64,000 nucleotides of DNA from Bianqueaceae bacterium (lineage in GTDB: Bacteria; Bacillota; Clostridia; Lachnospirales; Bianqueaceae): positions 1,207-65,206 of the forward strand of contig JAZQUJ010000157.1 in NCBI GenBank assembly GCA_045631245.1, in the 5' to 3' direction. The notes under the pieces are model-generated. The model was given only the letters and a program-made list of their open reading frames with translations, ran no database searches and was not told the DNA's origin. Shown in pieces: positions 9,703 to 19,136 of this stretch (the first letter of the stretch is position 1; each line of letters begins with the position of its first letter). Made by a program: the position numbers and the translations under genes.

Positions 9703-11544
9703 TTAACCTCCCATGTATTGCAAGGCTGTGTTATCAGCGGCTTCGAATTTGTCAGCGGCAGTGTTTAAAAAGCCTTGACAAAGGCGTACATTGACACTGT
9801 AGCTGGTTAAGATGTTGGCTTGGAGAATATCCCAAAGATCCAAAAATCCAACCTGCCAGTACAAATCGTTCAAATCACGATCCAAATCGCGGAGTCTGGA
9901 ATTGATACTGCCCAAACGGCGAGCATATTCGCGCAGCAAGGCGGGGTCAGCGGAAAAGTAAGGATTACTGCTGGCGTATTTTCCGCCGGGGCTGTTCTTG
10001 CGAAGGTATTCTTTGATTTTGCCGATTGCTTCTTTAATAGATTGCAAAGTCTGCAGAATAAATTCTTTGATGTCCTGAGCCAGATCGGAAATCTGTTCCA
10101 CAATAGCATAGAGGGCGTCGATGACAAATACAGCGAGTACTACAACCGATGTTACAGCAACTACAACACTGAGGAGGATCGGGTTGGTAACAATAGCGAT
10201 TGCAATGGCAAAGATATTCATAGCATTGTCTTTTATATAGTTTTGGATCATTTCAATAACGCCGAACTGATTCAAAACACTGTATACGGTCGCCGGATCG
10301 TTGGTGGCAGCCTCTATTAAGGCGGGAGCTGCCAGCACAAGAGCAGCAATGATTTTCTTTAAGTCGGCGTCAAAGCCGATAGACCCATCTTCGTTGATGA
10401 TCAGACAACCAAACAATGCTTCCAAAGCGTCTTTACGCCGATCTTCGGGAAGATCGTTGAAATTTTTGATGATAGATTCGATTAGTGCGGCTGTGTCAGG
10501 GTTGACTCCCAAATATTCAAGGGCAGGAGCCAGCATACCGGGGTTTTTGTTCAGGTAATCGACTAGAAGCGGAATCAAAAGCTCGGTGAAATCATCCAGA
10601 TCCTGTTGGGTCAGAACGGTTTGCTGATTACTGATTTTGCCATTACCAAGGTAGTATTCAGCAAATTTCATGGCCAGTTCAGCAGCTCGTGCCTGATCTT
10701 CCTGAGGCAGCGTGGTCACTTCAGCAGCGAAAGATTTAATAAACTCACGGAAAGGGGAGTCGTGATATTCGGTGCCTTCCGGGGGAAGGTTCAAGGAGCC
10801 GTTGGTGAGCATGCCGGTGACAACATGTGCATCATAGGGATTATGACTTGTTTCAAAAGAAGGAGTTGATACCACAGTGGTGTGTCCTTCGGGAATGATA
10901 TGAGTCTGTCCTAAAGGACTTACGAAATCAGATTCACCATTATAGGCGTAGATCTTATCACATTGACGATCGAAAAAAGCTTCGCCGTGCTGGTTGATGG
11001 CATCTTGGATCAGTTGCTCGGAAAAGCCAGGGCCATCTAGTGAGATACAGGTGTCGATGTAGTCACCATAGTGAGAGTTTATGGTAACATATTGGGCAGT
11101 ATTGCCCCCTTGAGAATGGCCAGATACATATACATTACCTGTGCCGGTATTTTCATAATGATTTTGGACAACTTCGTTGAAAAATGTTAATGCCTGCTCT
11201 TGAACCACCGAAGGTTGACCGTCATAGGCTTGGGTATTGTAACCCCATTTTCCATCACCGGTACCATTGAAGTGTACATAAAGGTTGCCGGCCTCATCTT
11301 TAAAGGCAATGGCTTTAGGACCAGTTACATTCACTGTTTGACCATTTTCGTAAAGGTAATCTGTGGTCTGCAGATTATGCACTGCAATAACTTCGAGATT
11401 ATGCTGCTGTATGCCTTCCATGCCGGGAACTTCAAATTTGATGGAAATCTTTGGGGATATGTTTGTAGTATACTCGGAGTCGGCATATTTACTAAAATCG
11501 GCTTCCAGATTAGCTGCTATATTTGCTAATACATCTTGATTCAT
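9703..11544 (-). CDS. alpha/beta-hydrolase (lipase-like) protein with hydrophobic segment and C-terminal helical domain; candidate T7SS effector
   Basis: Nucleophile elbow VYVSGHSQGGN at about aa 150. A roughly 45-aa hydrophobic stretch lies at about aa 440-490, followed by a helical C-terminal region of about 120 aa. The gene is in the same operon as essC/esx. Confidence 0.6.
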   Translation of the reverse strand: MNQDVLANIAANLEADFSKYADSEYTTNISPKISIKFEVPGMEGIQQHNLEVIAVHNLQTTDYLYENGQTVNVTGPKAIAFKDEAGNLYVHFNGTGDGKWGYNTQAYDGQPSVVQEQALTFFNEVVQNHYENTGTGNVYVSGHSQGGNTAQYVTINSHYGDYIDTCISLDGPGFSEQLIQDAINQHGEAFFDRQCDKIYAYNGESDFVSPLGQTHIIPEGHTTVVSTPSFETSHNPYDAHVVTGMLTNGSLNLPPEGTEYHDSPFREFIKSFAAEVTTLPQEDQARAAELAMKFAEYYLGNGKISNQQTVLTQQDLDDFTELLIPLLVDYLNKNPGMLAPALEYLGVNPDTAALIESIIKNFNDLPEDRRKDALEALFGCLIINEDGSIGFDADLKKIIAALVLAAPALIEAATNDPATVYSVLNQFGVIEMIQNYIKDNAMNIFAIAIAIVTNPILLSVVVAVTSVVVLAVFVIDALYAIVEQISDLAQDIKEFILQTLQSIKEAIGKIKEYLRKNSPGGKYASSNPYFSADPALLREYARRLGSINSRLRDLDRDLNDLYWQVGFLDLWDILQANILTSYSVNVRLCQGFLNTAADKFEAADNTALQYMGG

Positions 11545-11560
11545 CGGTTAGTCCTCTCTA

Positions 11561-12256
11561 TCATTCAACCTGTACAGTACCATTTAAAATGGTACCAAGG
11601 GCAGAGTAGACTTCTTGTTTCTTGACAATTAGATCGTGGAGTCCGTTGTGGTCTAATGTGCCAAAGATGTCATCTTGCACCACCACAAAGGAGACAGAAA
11701 TACGTCCTTTTACATCGGAAATAGTGTTTAAGTAGCTTTCAATGGCAGAGGCATCGGTAAAATTGGAATTGGAGATCTCCAGCATGACGGGAAGTACAGT
11801 GGAGGCATCTGCATAATAGTTCTCAAAGGAGGCATCTGCTGGAAGGTCAGCAGACAAACCCTGTTTGCTGGGAACATAGAAAGCATTGACTGTACCAAAT
11901 GTTTCGGCAGCAGTAGTTTGGAAAAAGTTGATGACTTCTTCCTGATATTTTACGGCATGATAATTATCCCGATAGATTGCTTCGTCAGATTTAAAGTTTT
12001 CTACCTGTACAAGAATTTGTTGTTCGGGTAGGCTTGCGCAGGTTACCAAAATCTCGCGATTACCCGACATGCTGTTGCCCCAGGGTGCAAAATAGGTGAA
12101 GGGTTCTCCGTATTTTTCTTCCATATAGGCCAGCGCGAGTTCGTTTGCATTGGGTTTGGGTTCGTTGGTAGTTGTTTGATTGATGCGCATACAGCCGGTT
12201 CCTCCTATAATAACAGCAGCTAATACGATAACTGCAAGAAATATCTTTTTAAACAT
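11561..12256 (-). CDS. lipoprotein (candidate immunity protein)
   Basis: Signal peptide plus lipobox MFKKIFLAVIVLAAVIIGGTGC. It lies immediately upstream of the hydrolase gene. Confidence 0.7.
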   Translation of the reverse strand: MFKKIFLAVIVLAAVIIGGTGCMRINQTTTNEPKPNANELALAYMEEKYGEPFTYFAPWGNSMSGNREILVTCASLPEQQILVQVENFKSDEAIYRDNYHAVKYQEEVINFFQTTAAETFGTVNAFYVPSKQGLSADLPADASFENYYADASTVLPVMLEISNSNFTDASAIESYLNTISDVKGRISVSFVVVQDDIFGTLDHNGLHDLIVKKQEVYSALGTILNGTVQVE

Positions 12257-12301
12257 AATCGTCTCCGTTCTGAGCGCTTAGGCGCAAGGAGTGTGTAGTC
12301 A

Positions 12302-12345
12302 CCCTGCAGCAGGAGATCCGGTAGGGGAAAACTCCTGCTGCAAGG
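12302..12345 (-). terminator. strong stem-loop after esxA-like gene (attenuator/partial terminator)
   Basis: 14-bp stem CCCTGCAGCAGGAG / CTCCTGCTGCAAGG with no clear T-run. Confidence 0.4.
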
Positions 12346-12370
12346 AAAATATAGTTTGCTAAATCGGTGA

Positions 12371-12676
12371 TTACTTGAACTGGTCACCCAACTGGGTGTT
12401 TCTGGTTTCGGTCTCGGTATACTGTTCAGCTACGTTGGTGCGCAGGAACTTAACGTACTGCTCCAAAACATCGAAATAAGTCTGGAAATATTTTCCGGCA
12501 AAGGAGTCATAAGAAGTACGGGTTTGATCGGCAGCAGCACCGGTCCAGGAAGTGGAAAGGCCGTCAATGGTTGCCTTACTGTCATTCAGCAGGTTCTGCA
12601 GTTCCTGATTGTCGGCTTCGATCTGAGAGGCAATGGCTAATACTTGATCACTGTTAAGTACGATACGAGTTGACAT
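12371..12676 (-). CDS. esxA: WXG100 family type VII secretion substrate (EsxA-like)
   Basis: 101 aa with a central STSWTGAAA (W-x-G) motif in a helix-turn-helix layout. Confidence 0.8.
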   Translation of the reverse strand: MSTRIVLNSDQVLAIASQIEADNQELQNLLNDSKATIDGLSTSWTGAAADQTRTSYDSFAGKYFQTYFDVLEQYVKFLRTNVAEQYTETETRNTQLGDQFK

Positions 12677-12689
12677 ATTTTTTACCTCC

Positions 12690-12986
12690 TTAATTCATCA
12701 GCTGTTTTACGCCGGTGGTGTTATTGTCACGTACAGTTTCATAATTGGTGGCCTGCTGGTTCAAAGTCTGAGAAGCCTGTTCCAAATGGTTTGCCATGGT
12801 TTTCAGCTCTTCGCAGAAGCCGTTCAGCTGTTCTACAAAAGCCAGGTTATCGGCGGAGTTCCAAGCATCGCCCATGGTCTGGGCCGCGTTTAGCAGACGA
12901 TTGTAAACAGTAGTATAATCCTGGGAAAGCTGACTGAATTTCTGAGCTGCAGAGTGCAGTACTGGGGGATCTACGGTAAAATTCAT
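12690..12986 (-). CDS. WXG100-like protein (EsxB-like partner)
   Basis: 98 aa, helical, with central GDAWNSAD. It lies adjacent to the esxA-like gene. Confidence 0.7.
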   Translation of the reverse strand: MNFTVDPPVLHSAAQKFSQLSQDYTTVYNRLLNAAQTMGDAWNSADNLAFVEQLNGFCEELKTMANHLEQASQTLNQQATNYETVRDNNTTGVKQLMN

Positions 12987-13054
12987 TTTGATTCTCCTTA
13001 TGAATTGAAGTTATATTACAATGCCAAGGCAAGGAAACTGCGGTGGTATTATAA

Positions 13055-13306
13055 TCAGATAAGAATGAGGCGAGAAGCGTTGCGAATACCGGCTTCTTCA
13101 ACGGTATCGGTCAGGGTATAGGGCAAACCGGTATCGGCACTGAGCAGCATGGAATCGGCAGTGCCTTTATAGACTCCCTCAGAAAGGGAGTCTGCCAGAT
13201 TTACCAACAGACGGGTCACCTCGCCGATCGGTTTGCTGTCAGGCAAAAATACATCCAAATGCTTGCCGGCAGCCGGAAGATAAACATCGACCAGATATTT
13301 TTTCAT
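13055..13306 (-). CDS. esaB: EsaB/YukD-like ubiquitin-fold T7SS protein
   Basis: 83 aa from ATG 13306 (GGAGGT RBS). The beta-grasp-like sequence is MKKYLVDVYLPAAGKHLDVFLP. It lies directly downstream of essC. Confidence 0.65.
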   Translation of the reverse strand: MKKYLVDVYLPAAGKHLDVFLPDSKPIGEVTRLLVNLADSLSEGVYKGTADSMLLSADTGLPYTLTDTVEEAGIRNASRLILI

Positions 13307-13324
13307 AGCGGGTACCTCCATCCA

Positions 13325-16300
13325 TTATTCTGCGAATTTCACAAGCGTTGCTGCTGCATTATCGATGCAGTAACCAAAGCTCTTTTCCACAGAAGCGTTA
13401 TAACCTTGCGGTTTTTGAGTAACATTCAAACGATACTGCGAGCTGATACCATTTCCGATCCACATACCATGATTCGGATTGATCTGAACCTTATACCAGT
13501 TTTCAGCGGTAAAAGGTGTAAGAGCCTGCAAAGATTCGGCTACAATAAAGTATACGCCATAGGCCTTGGCACATTTCTCCATTGCGATCTTAAGTCGATT
13601 CAAAGGTGTATCGTCGGAGGCCTCGGTGTTTTTCACCACATAGCCGTCCAACAAAGATTTCAGCTGAGCCATGGACTGGATCACCACGAACAAGGGTTCA
13701 AAGGTGGGCAGTTCTTTGCCGGCGGCAACAGCTTCTTTGTAGGTGTTATTACGGATCAATACCTGCTGGAAAATATCGTAGGCAGCCTGAACACAGGTAT
13801 CGCGGGACTCGCAAACCTGCAGGGCCGCTGTTTCTGGCAGGGTTTTACCACAGCCAGCGGGGGCCAGCAGCAGAGTCTTAACTCCGTAAGAATCGGCCAG
13901 CAAGGCGGCCAAAGATTCTGTGAAGGGCTTCCACTCCTGATTCTGAGAAAGGATCAGATGCACCGGCTGAGTCAGCGGATCGAAACGGGCAATTTCCAGC
14001 GTTTCCTTTTCTACGCCCACCGGGATCGTACTCAGATCGGCAGCGTTCACATAGGCAGCTAAATATTCGGCGGTCACCACCTCAGGCAGCACCGGAACAC
14101 CAACAGCTCTATGATGTTTGTAGCGATCAGCCAGTTCTTTACTGAAGCTGCGCAGGAACTGATACTGGGAGGCTTCTTTGGTAACACAGGCCGTCTGGAA
14201 TTCAACAACCTGATCTTTACCGAAGCGAATCATACCACGACCCACATGATCCTCGGGAAGCAAACCGCCGGTTTTGCCAACCACGTTGGCATAATCGCTG
14301 GTATTGTTCATTTGCAGGCAGTAGAGGCACTTGAAGTTTTGCATCATGCTAAAACGTACATTGTTTACACCGGTACAGGTCAGCACGAAGTAAATACCGT
14401 ATTTGGTACCCTCGCGGGTTAGGTAATTGATGTCGCCCAGGCGTTCTTCGAACAGCTCGGAAAAACCGGCGTAGTTGTTAATGAAAACAACAATATTGGG
14501 TTCGGGCTTGGCAGCGTGGGCATTGTACTCGGTCAGGGAACCGCCGTACTGGGACAGCAGCTTTTTGCGGGTATTCAGCTTGCCCTGCAGCAGCTTGAAC
14601 AGGTTTTCGACCTTCTCGGTCTCGTGCGCCAGGATCACATCGCCCACATGGGGAGCCTCGGCCAACGAGGTCAGCGTTTCGGCGCCCAGATCCATAATGT
14701 ACAGATTCACTTCCTCGGGGGTGTGCTCGGTCATGAGGGAGTAGCACATGGCTTCAACAAACATGCTCTTACCGCTTCCGGCAGAGCCGTAAACAATGAC
14801 GTTGCCATCGGCACTGAGCGGCACGCGCAGCAGACCCTGGGCCTGATGCTGCGGATCGTCATACTCGCCCACGACGGGGTTCAGTTCAAAACGGTTGGCA
14901 GGAGCAACACCGGAATACTTCTCTTTCAGCTGATCCACATAAACCTTGGCAGGAATGGGATCCAGCCACATTTTCCAGCGGCGGATATTCTCTTCTTCGC
15001 TGATCTTTTGAATGTAGTCGGTAATGGCATCCAGCTGTTTGCTGGCATCTTTCTGGTTCGGATAGCGGTCGGTGTTGACCTCAGCGATTACACGACCATT
15101 GGTGTTAATAACGGAAACTGCATCGTCCAGCTCTTTGATTACATTGGGTGCGGGATGATAGAAGGCGCCGGCCCAGGCGGACTGGCCCAGTTCGAACAAT
15201 TCATTGTTGCCTACCTGCAGGTAGAAGCGGCCGGTATCCACCAAAGAAGCGGCTTCCGGACGGCCCATCATTTCGGTGCTGTCGCCGCGATCCTGTACCT
15301 TCAGGCACAAGCGGAAGCGGCTATTGCTTCGAATTTGATCATCCACTACACCGCCGGGCTTCTGGGTAGCCAAAATCAGATGTACACCCAGGCTTCGGCC
15401 TACGCGGGCGGTACTGGTCAGAGCGGCCATGAAGTCGGGCTGATCTTTTTTCAATTCCGCAAACTCATCGGATATGATGATCAGATGGGGCAGGGGTTCG
15501 GAAACCTTGCCTTCGCGGTATAGCTTCTGATATTTATAAATGTCGATGTTACTGATGTTATATTGTTTGGAGACTTTCTGGAAAATGAGTTCGCGGCGAT
15601 GCAGTTCGCTCTGCATGGACACCAGCGAACGGTTGATGGCATTGCCGTCCAAGTTGGTAATAATACCGGCTGTATGGGGAATGTCTTCGAAAGCTTTCGC
15701 CATGCCGCCGCCTTTATAGTCGATCAAAATGAAGGCGACTTCGTTGGGGTGATACTGAATGGCCATGGAAAGAATATATGCGATAATGGTTTCACTCTTA
15801 CCGGAACCGGTCATACCGGCGATCAAACCATGGGGGCCGTGAGCCTTTTCATGCAGATCCAACATAAAGGGATCGCCATAGGGGTCGATACCAATGGGTG
15901 CGGCCAAAGATTTGGTGGGATCGTTGGCGGACCAGTTTTCCAGCAGATTGATGTGTTCAACCATGCCCACATCCATCATTTCCATGAAAGTGTATTTCTT
16001 AGGAAGCTGGAAAGAGGAATCGTTGATATCCAGGAAGGTATTGGCCAAAATCTGGGTAATACGTTTTAAGTCGATGTGCTTGGGATTGTCCACCTGGAAG
16101 GGCAGAGGAAGATCGCAAACATCGTTCAGCAAGGTTAAGGAGCCGCCGCCCTGTTTGTTCAGCTGTACAACAGCGGAACATTCCTTAGGCAGATCCTTTA
16201 AGCGCTCATACATTGACAGCACGGAGATGCCCAGATTATCTTTAGAATCCAGAATCGAACGAAGGAACTCAGCACGGGAGGCCAGTTTTTTGTCAAGGCA

Positions 16301-17971
16301 GATCACCACATAATAGGGAAGTTCATCTTCCAACTGTTCGGGGTTGAGCGATTTACGATACTCCACAATGGCATCCATGTCGGCGGAAAGGTTTTTCACT
16401 TCTTCCGGATTAGTGGCAATGTAGCGGATGCGGCGCTCGTTGTTCATAGTATGGGGCAGCCAACGAACGAAGGAGAGCTCGTCTTCATCTTTTTCGTTAT
16501 AGAGAAGCACCAATTTGACTTCATCGTAACTGTGCAGGGTGGTCAGCTGCAGCAGCAGACTTTTTACGTACTGCATCAGCTGATCACGGGTGGAATAGAT
16601 ACCACTGATGAAGCGCTCTCTCAAAGACAGACAGATAGGAACGTTATTCAGCCAGCGTTCCCGCTCACCGAATTGATACATGGCTTCAGTCAGATTATCA
16701 TGTTCCACAGCAAAGTGGCGCTCGGAATACTGAATATCGGCATTTAACGGAAGACGACCGACACCCAAACGCAGGCGCAAAAAGTCGGAGTGCTTGGGGG
16801 TGCGCTCCCAAATATGCAACGGAGTCGCATTGAAGCGATTCAGATAGTCGACAGTAATGGCATCATTTTCACGCAGGATCTGCTCCTGATTTGTGATCTC
16901 GTTGGCGACGCGCTGTTCCATTTGCTGCAGATAATTGGAATAAGCGGTTTGACGCGCCTGTTCCTTTTTCGCAGCATTCTTTTTCTGATAGTTTTTAGTC
17001 AGGGTCGGCCAAAGCAAAGTACCGGCCAACATACTGATACTCATCATGATGGAAGGAAGGGCGGAACCAAAATTACCGGTTCCGGCTGCATTGACCACAG
17101 AGAACAAGGCAGAAGTGGCAGAGGCCATACCCATGGTGATGGAGGGGCCCAGTGTCATAATGGCCGGAAGGGATTCACTGTTTTGCCCGGAAGGAGGGGC
17201 ATCCAGTTTCAGTTCAAAGGTGTCCACATCGTGTTTGAAGCGGGGAGCGCGATAGTAGAAGTCGATATCTTCTTCCGCTTCTGCTGTGGTATCGGGAGCG
17301 GTCAGATTCGGCTGATAGCCGGCACTATGATGTTCCCGCAGCCAACGGCTGTGGACTGTAACGGCTCCATCGGGATTGTTAATATACAAGAAGCGACCTG
17401 TTACCACAATCTGCAGGCCCATGATGTAGATTACATCGCCGGTATTCAAAGGCGCCTGGCTGACAGCAGTACCATTCACGAAGGTACGGTTCAAACTGTT
17501 ATGGTCGATCACGCCCATCTTTTTGGAAGCGACGTGAATGGTGGCATGATTTTTGCCGATATAGCCGCTGGCATATTGGATATCGCACTCAGGACCACGA
17601 CCGATCTCCAACTTCAAATCGCCCTGCATGAGCTCATAAACCCGGTATTGCTTGCGATCATTGCTAAGCGGTTCGGTGAACAAACGGTATTCGAAACGTC
17701 CGTCGCTGCTGCGGATCACATAGAGCGCACGGAGTCCGAGCACGAGTTTTTCGATGCGCTCCTGCCCTTGATTCATAATATAAAAATGTGAGTTGGACTT
17801 TAAGATCCAATGTCCGTTGGGTTCTTCAGCAGTAGGACGTACACCTTCCACGGCTACGATTTTGACCGGATTTCCATCAGGTCCTTTAGCAGTGAGCCAA
17901 TATTGACCGGCGCATTTGTCGGGTAATAAGACTGTATTGAAGGCGGAATGAGAAAAAACTGTAATTTTCAT
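13325..17971 (-). CDS. essC: type VII secretion FtsK/SpoIIIE-family ATPase EssC
   Basis: Start at ATG 17971 (AAGGGGA RBS). It has N-terminal FHA-like modules and a TM region. Three P-loops are present: GMTGSGKSE, GSAGSGKS and APAGCGKT. Confidence 0.9.
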   Translation of the reverse strand: MKITVFSHSAFNTVLLPDKCAGQYWLTAKGPDGNPVKIVAVEGVRPTAEEPNGHWILKSNSHFYIMNQGQERIEKLVLGLRALYVIRSSDGRFEYRLFTEPLSNDRKQYRVYELMQGDLKLEIGRGPECDIQYASGYIGKNHATIHVASKKMGVIDHNSLNRTFVNGTAVSQAPLNTGDVIYIMGLQIVVTGRFLYINNPDGAVTVHSRWLREHHSAGYQPNLTAPDTTAEAEEDIDFYYRAPRFKHDVDTFELKLDAPPSGQNSESLPAIMTLGPSITMGMASATSALFSVVNAAGTGNFGSALPSIMMSISMLAGTLLWPTLTKNYQKKNAAKKEQARQTAYSNYLQQMEQRVANEITNQEQILRENDAITVDYLNRFNATPLHIWERTPKHSDFLRLRLGVGRLPLNADIQYSERHFAVEHDNLTEAMYQFGERERWLNNVPICLSLRERFISGIYSTRDQLMQYVKSLLLQLTTLHSYDEVKLVLLYNEKDEDELSFVRWLPHTMNNERRIRYIATNPEEVKNLSADMDAIVEYRKSLNPEQLEDELPYYVVICLDKKLASRAEFLRSILDSKDNLGISVLSMYERLKDLPKECSAVVQLNKQGGGSLTLLNDVCDLPLPFQVDNPKHIDLKRITQILANTFLDINDSSFQLPKKYTFMEMMDVGMVEHINLLENWSANDPTKSLAAPIGIDPYGDPFMLDLHEKAHGPHGLIAGMTGSGKSETIIAYILSMAIQYHPNEVAFILIDYKGGGMAKAFEDIPHTAGIITNLDGNAINRSLVSMQSELHRRELIFQKVSKQYNISNIDIYKYQKLYREGKVSEPLPHLIIISDEFAELKKDQPDFMAALTSTARVGRSLGVHLILATQKPGGVVDDQIRSNSRFRLCLKVQDRGDSTEMMGRPEAASLVDTGRFYLQVGNNELFELGQSAWAGAFYHPAPNVIKELDDAVSVINTNGRVIAEVNTDRYPNQKDASKQLDAITDYIQKISEEENIRRWKMWLDPIPAKVYVDQLKEKYSGVAPANRFELNPVVGEYDDPQHQAQGLLRVPLSADGNVIVYGSAGSGKSMFVEAMCYSLMTEHTPEEVNLYIMDLGAETLTSLAEAPHVGDVILAHETEKVENLFKLLQGKLNTRKKLLSQYGGSLTEYNAHAAKPEPNIVVFINNYAGFSELFEERLGDINYLTREGTKYGIYFVLTCTGVNNVRFSMMQNFKCLYCLQMNNTSDYANVVGKTGGLLPEDHVGRGMIRFGKDQVVEFQTACVTKEASQYQFLRSFSKELADRYKHHRAVGVPVLPEVVTAEYLAAYVNAADLSTIPVGVEKETLEIARFDPLTQPVHLILSQNQEWKPFTESLAALLADSYGVKTLLLAPAGCGKTLPETAALQVCESRDTCVQAAYDIFQQVLIRNNTYKEAVAAGKELPTFEPLFVVIQSMAQLKSLLDGYVVKNTEASDDTPLNRLKIAMEKCAKAYGVYFIVAESLQALTPFTAENWYKVQINPNHGMWIGNGISSQYRLNVTQKPQGYNASVEKSFGYCIDNAAATLVKFAE

Positions 17972-18239
17972 AAAACTTCCCCTTGTGAAAAATGTCGAAA
18001 TTATTATTACTATTATAGTATTTTCTAGAAAAGGTGTCAATTAAAATAACTCCCCGATGAAGAAAGTAATGAGTTTAAAGCTAAATAAAATTTTTATCAG
18101 GGAGTCTGAAATTATAAAGAAAAAATCTTCTTTAATACCACAAAAGAAGGTGGCTTTACAACCGAAAATATGGTAAGATAAAAATAGCCTGTTGCTTTAT
18201 TGATGGGTTAGTAAATGAAAATAATGAGGATTCATATAT

Positions 18240-18848
18240 ATGTTCAAACGAATTTTAGCAGTGATCTGCACAGCCATGCTTGTGTTGACCGGCTGCGGCA
18301 GCGATTACAGCGATGCACAGGTGGAGGTGCCCGCCAACTGGGCGGAGTACACCGTGGGCAACATGGAGTTTCGCTTCGAAGCAGGCTGGAAGGGCGGCAA
18401 CTGGGACAGCGTGCTGGCTGAGGCGGATAAACAGGCCGAGACCATTGGAACCAACAATAATCTGGCACTGTTCGGCCGACTGGTGGCGCCCACTTCGGCT
18501 CAGGATACCACTAATTATGTAGATTTCGGCTATTGGGAAATGGGGCATCAGGTGGAGACCGTCGAACTGGAAGCTCTTATGGAACCCATCAACGACCTGT
18601 TGCTGGAAATCAAAAAAACCGGCATCGAGTCCAACGATCTGCAGGCCAGCCGTATCCGTTTTTATGGTGAAGTGGAAGCTCTGACCTGTAGTTATCTAAT
18701 GGAAAAGGAAAATGTTCATTGCGTCATGCAAATGGCGCTGATCCCCCATGGCAGTCAGGTGTACTTCATTTGTCTGTCCGATTTTACCTCCGGTGCCGAT
18801 AACAGCATGCTGGAACAACTGCTGTCCACCCTGAGTTTTGCCGGCTGA
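18240..18848 (+). CDS. lipoprotein of unknown function
   Basis: Lipobox MFKRILAVICTAMLVLTGC. Divergent from essC. Confidence 0.7.
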   Translation: MFKRILAVICTAMLVLTGCGSDYSDAQVEVPANWAEYTVGNMEFRFEAGWKGGNWDSVLAEADKQAETIGTNNNLALFGRLVAPTSAQDTTNYVDFGYWEMGHQVETVELEALMEPINDLLLEIKKTGIESNDLQASRIRFYGEVEALTCSYLMEKENVHCVMQMALIPHGSQVYFICLSDFTSGADNSMLEQLLSTLSFAG

Positions 18849-18952
18849 TCTTGACCGAGGTGGTCCCTGCAAAGGACGTAAATTTTTTGCGCCATGGGCG
18901 CAAACCGGACAGATGTCTGCGCGAGTCCGCGATGAAAAAACAGATGATTTGG

Positions 18953-18995
18953 AAGAGCTTCTCAAGCAAAAAAATGCTTGAAGAGGCTCTTTTTA
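18953..18995 (+). terminator. rho-independent terminator
   Basis: AAGAGCTTCTCAAGCA-loop-TGCTTGAAGAGGCTCTT followed by TTTT. Confidence 0.7.
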
Positions 18996-18998
18996 CTG

Positions 18999-19027
18999 TT
19001 GACATTTGGTGCTTCATCTGCTAATAT
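18999..19027 (+). promoter_or_regulatory. sigmaA-type promoter of nrdDG
   Basis: TTGACA, a 17-nt spacer, then TAATAT. Confidence 0.6.
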
Positions 19028-19038
19028 TTGAATCACGG

Positions 19039-19056
19039 ACCACTATATGTAGTGGT
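19039..19056 (+). promoter_or_regulatory. NrdR box
   Basis: Near-palindrome ACCACTATATGTAGTGGT just downstream of the -10 element, in front of nrdD. Confidence 0.6.
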
Positions 19057-19136
19057 GAAAATTAGAAAATTATAACAATATACGGGGTTAAGTGTAGCTA
19101 ACCGGCTATACAAAAGGATTTGAGAGGAGAAGGAAC

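Noticed and set aside
14516-17791. Long plus-strand ORFs (14516-15523, 15563-16069, 16790-17791) inside essC
   Set aside because: They lie on the opposite strand of a 1,548-codon gene with clear P-loop motifs. They have typical GC-rich antisense composition and no start signals.
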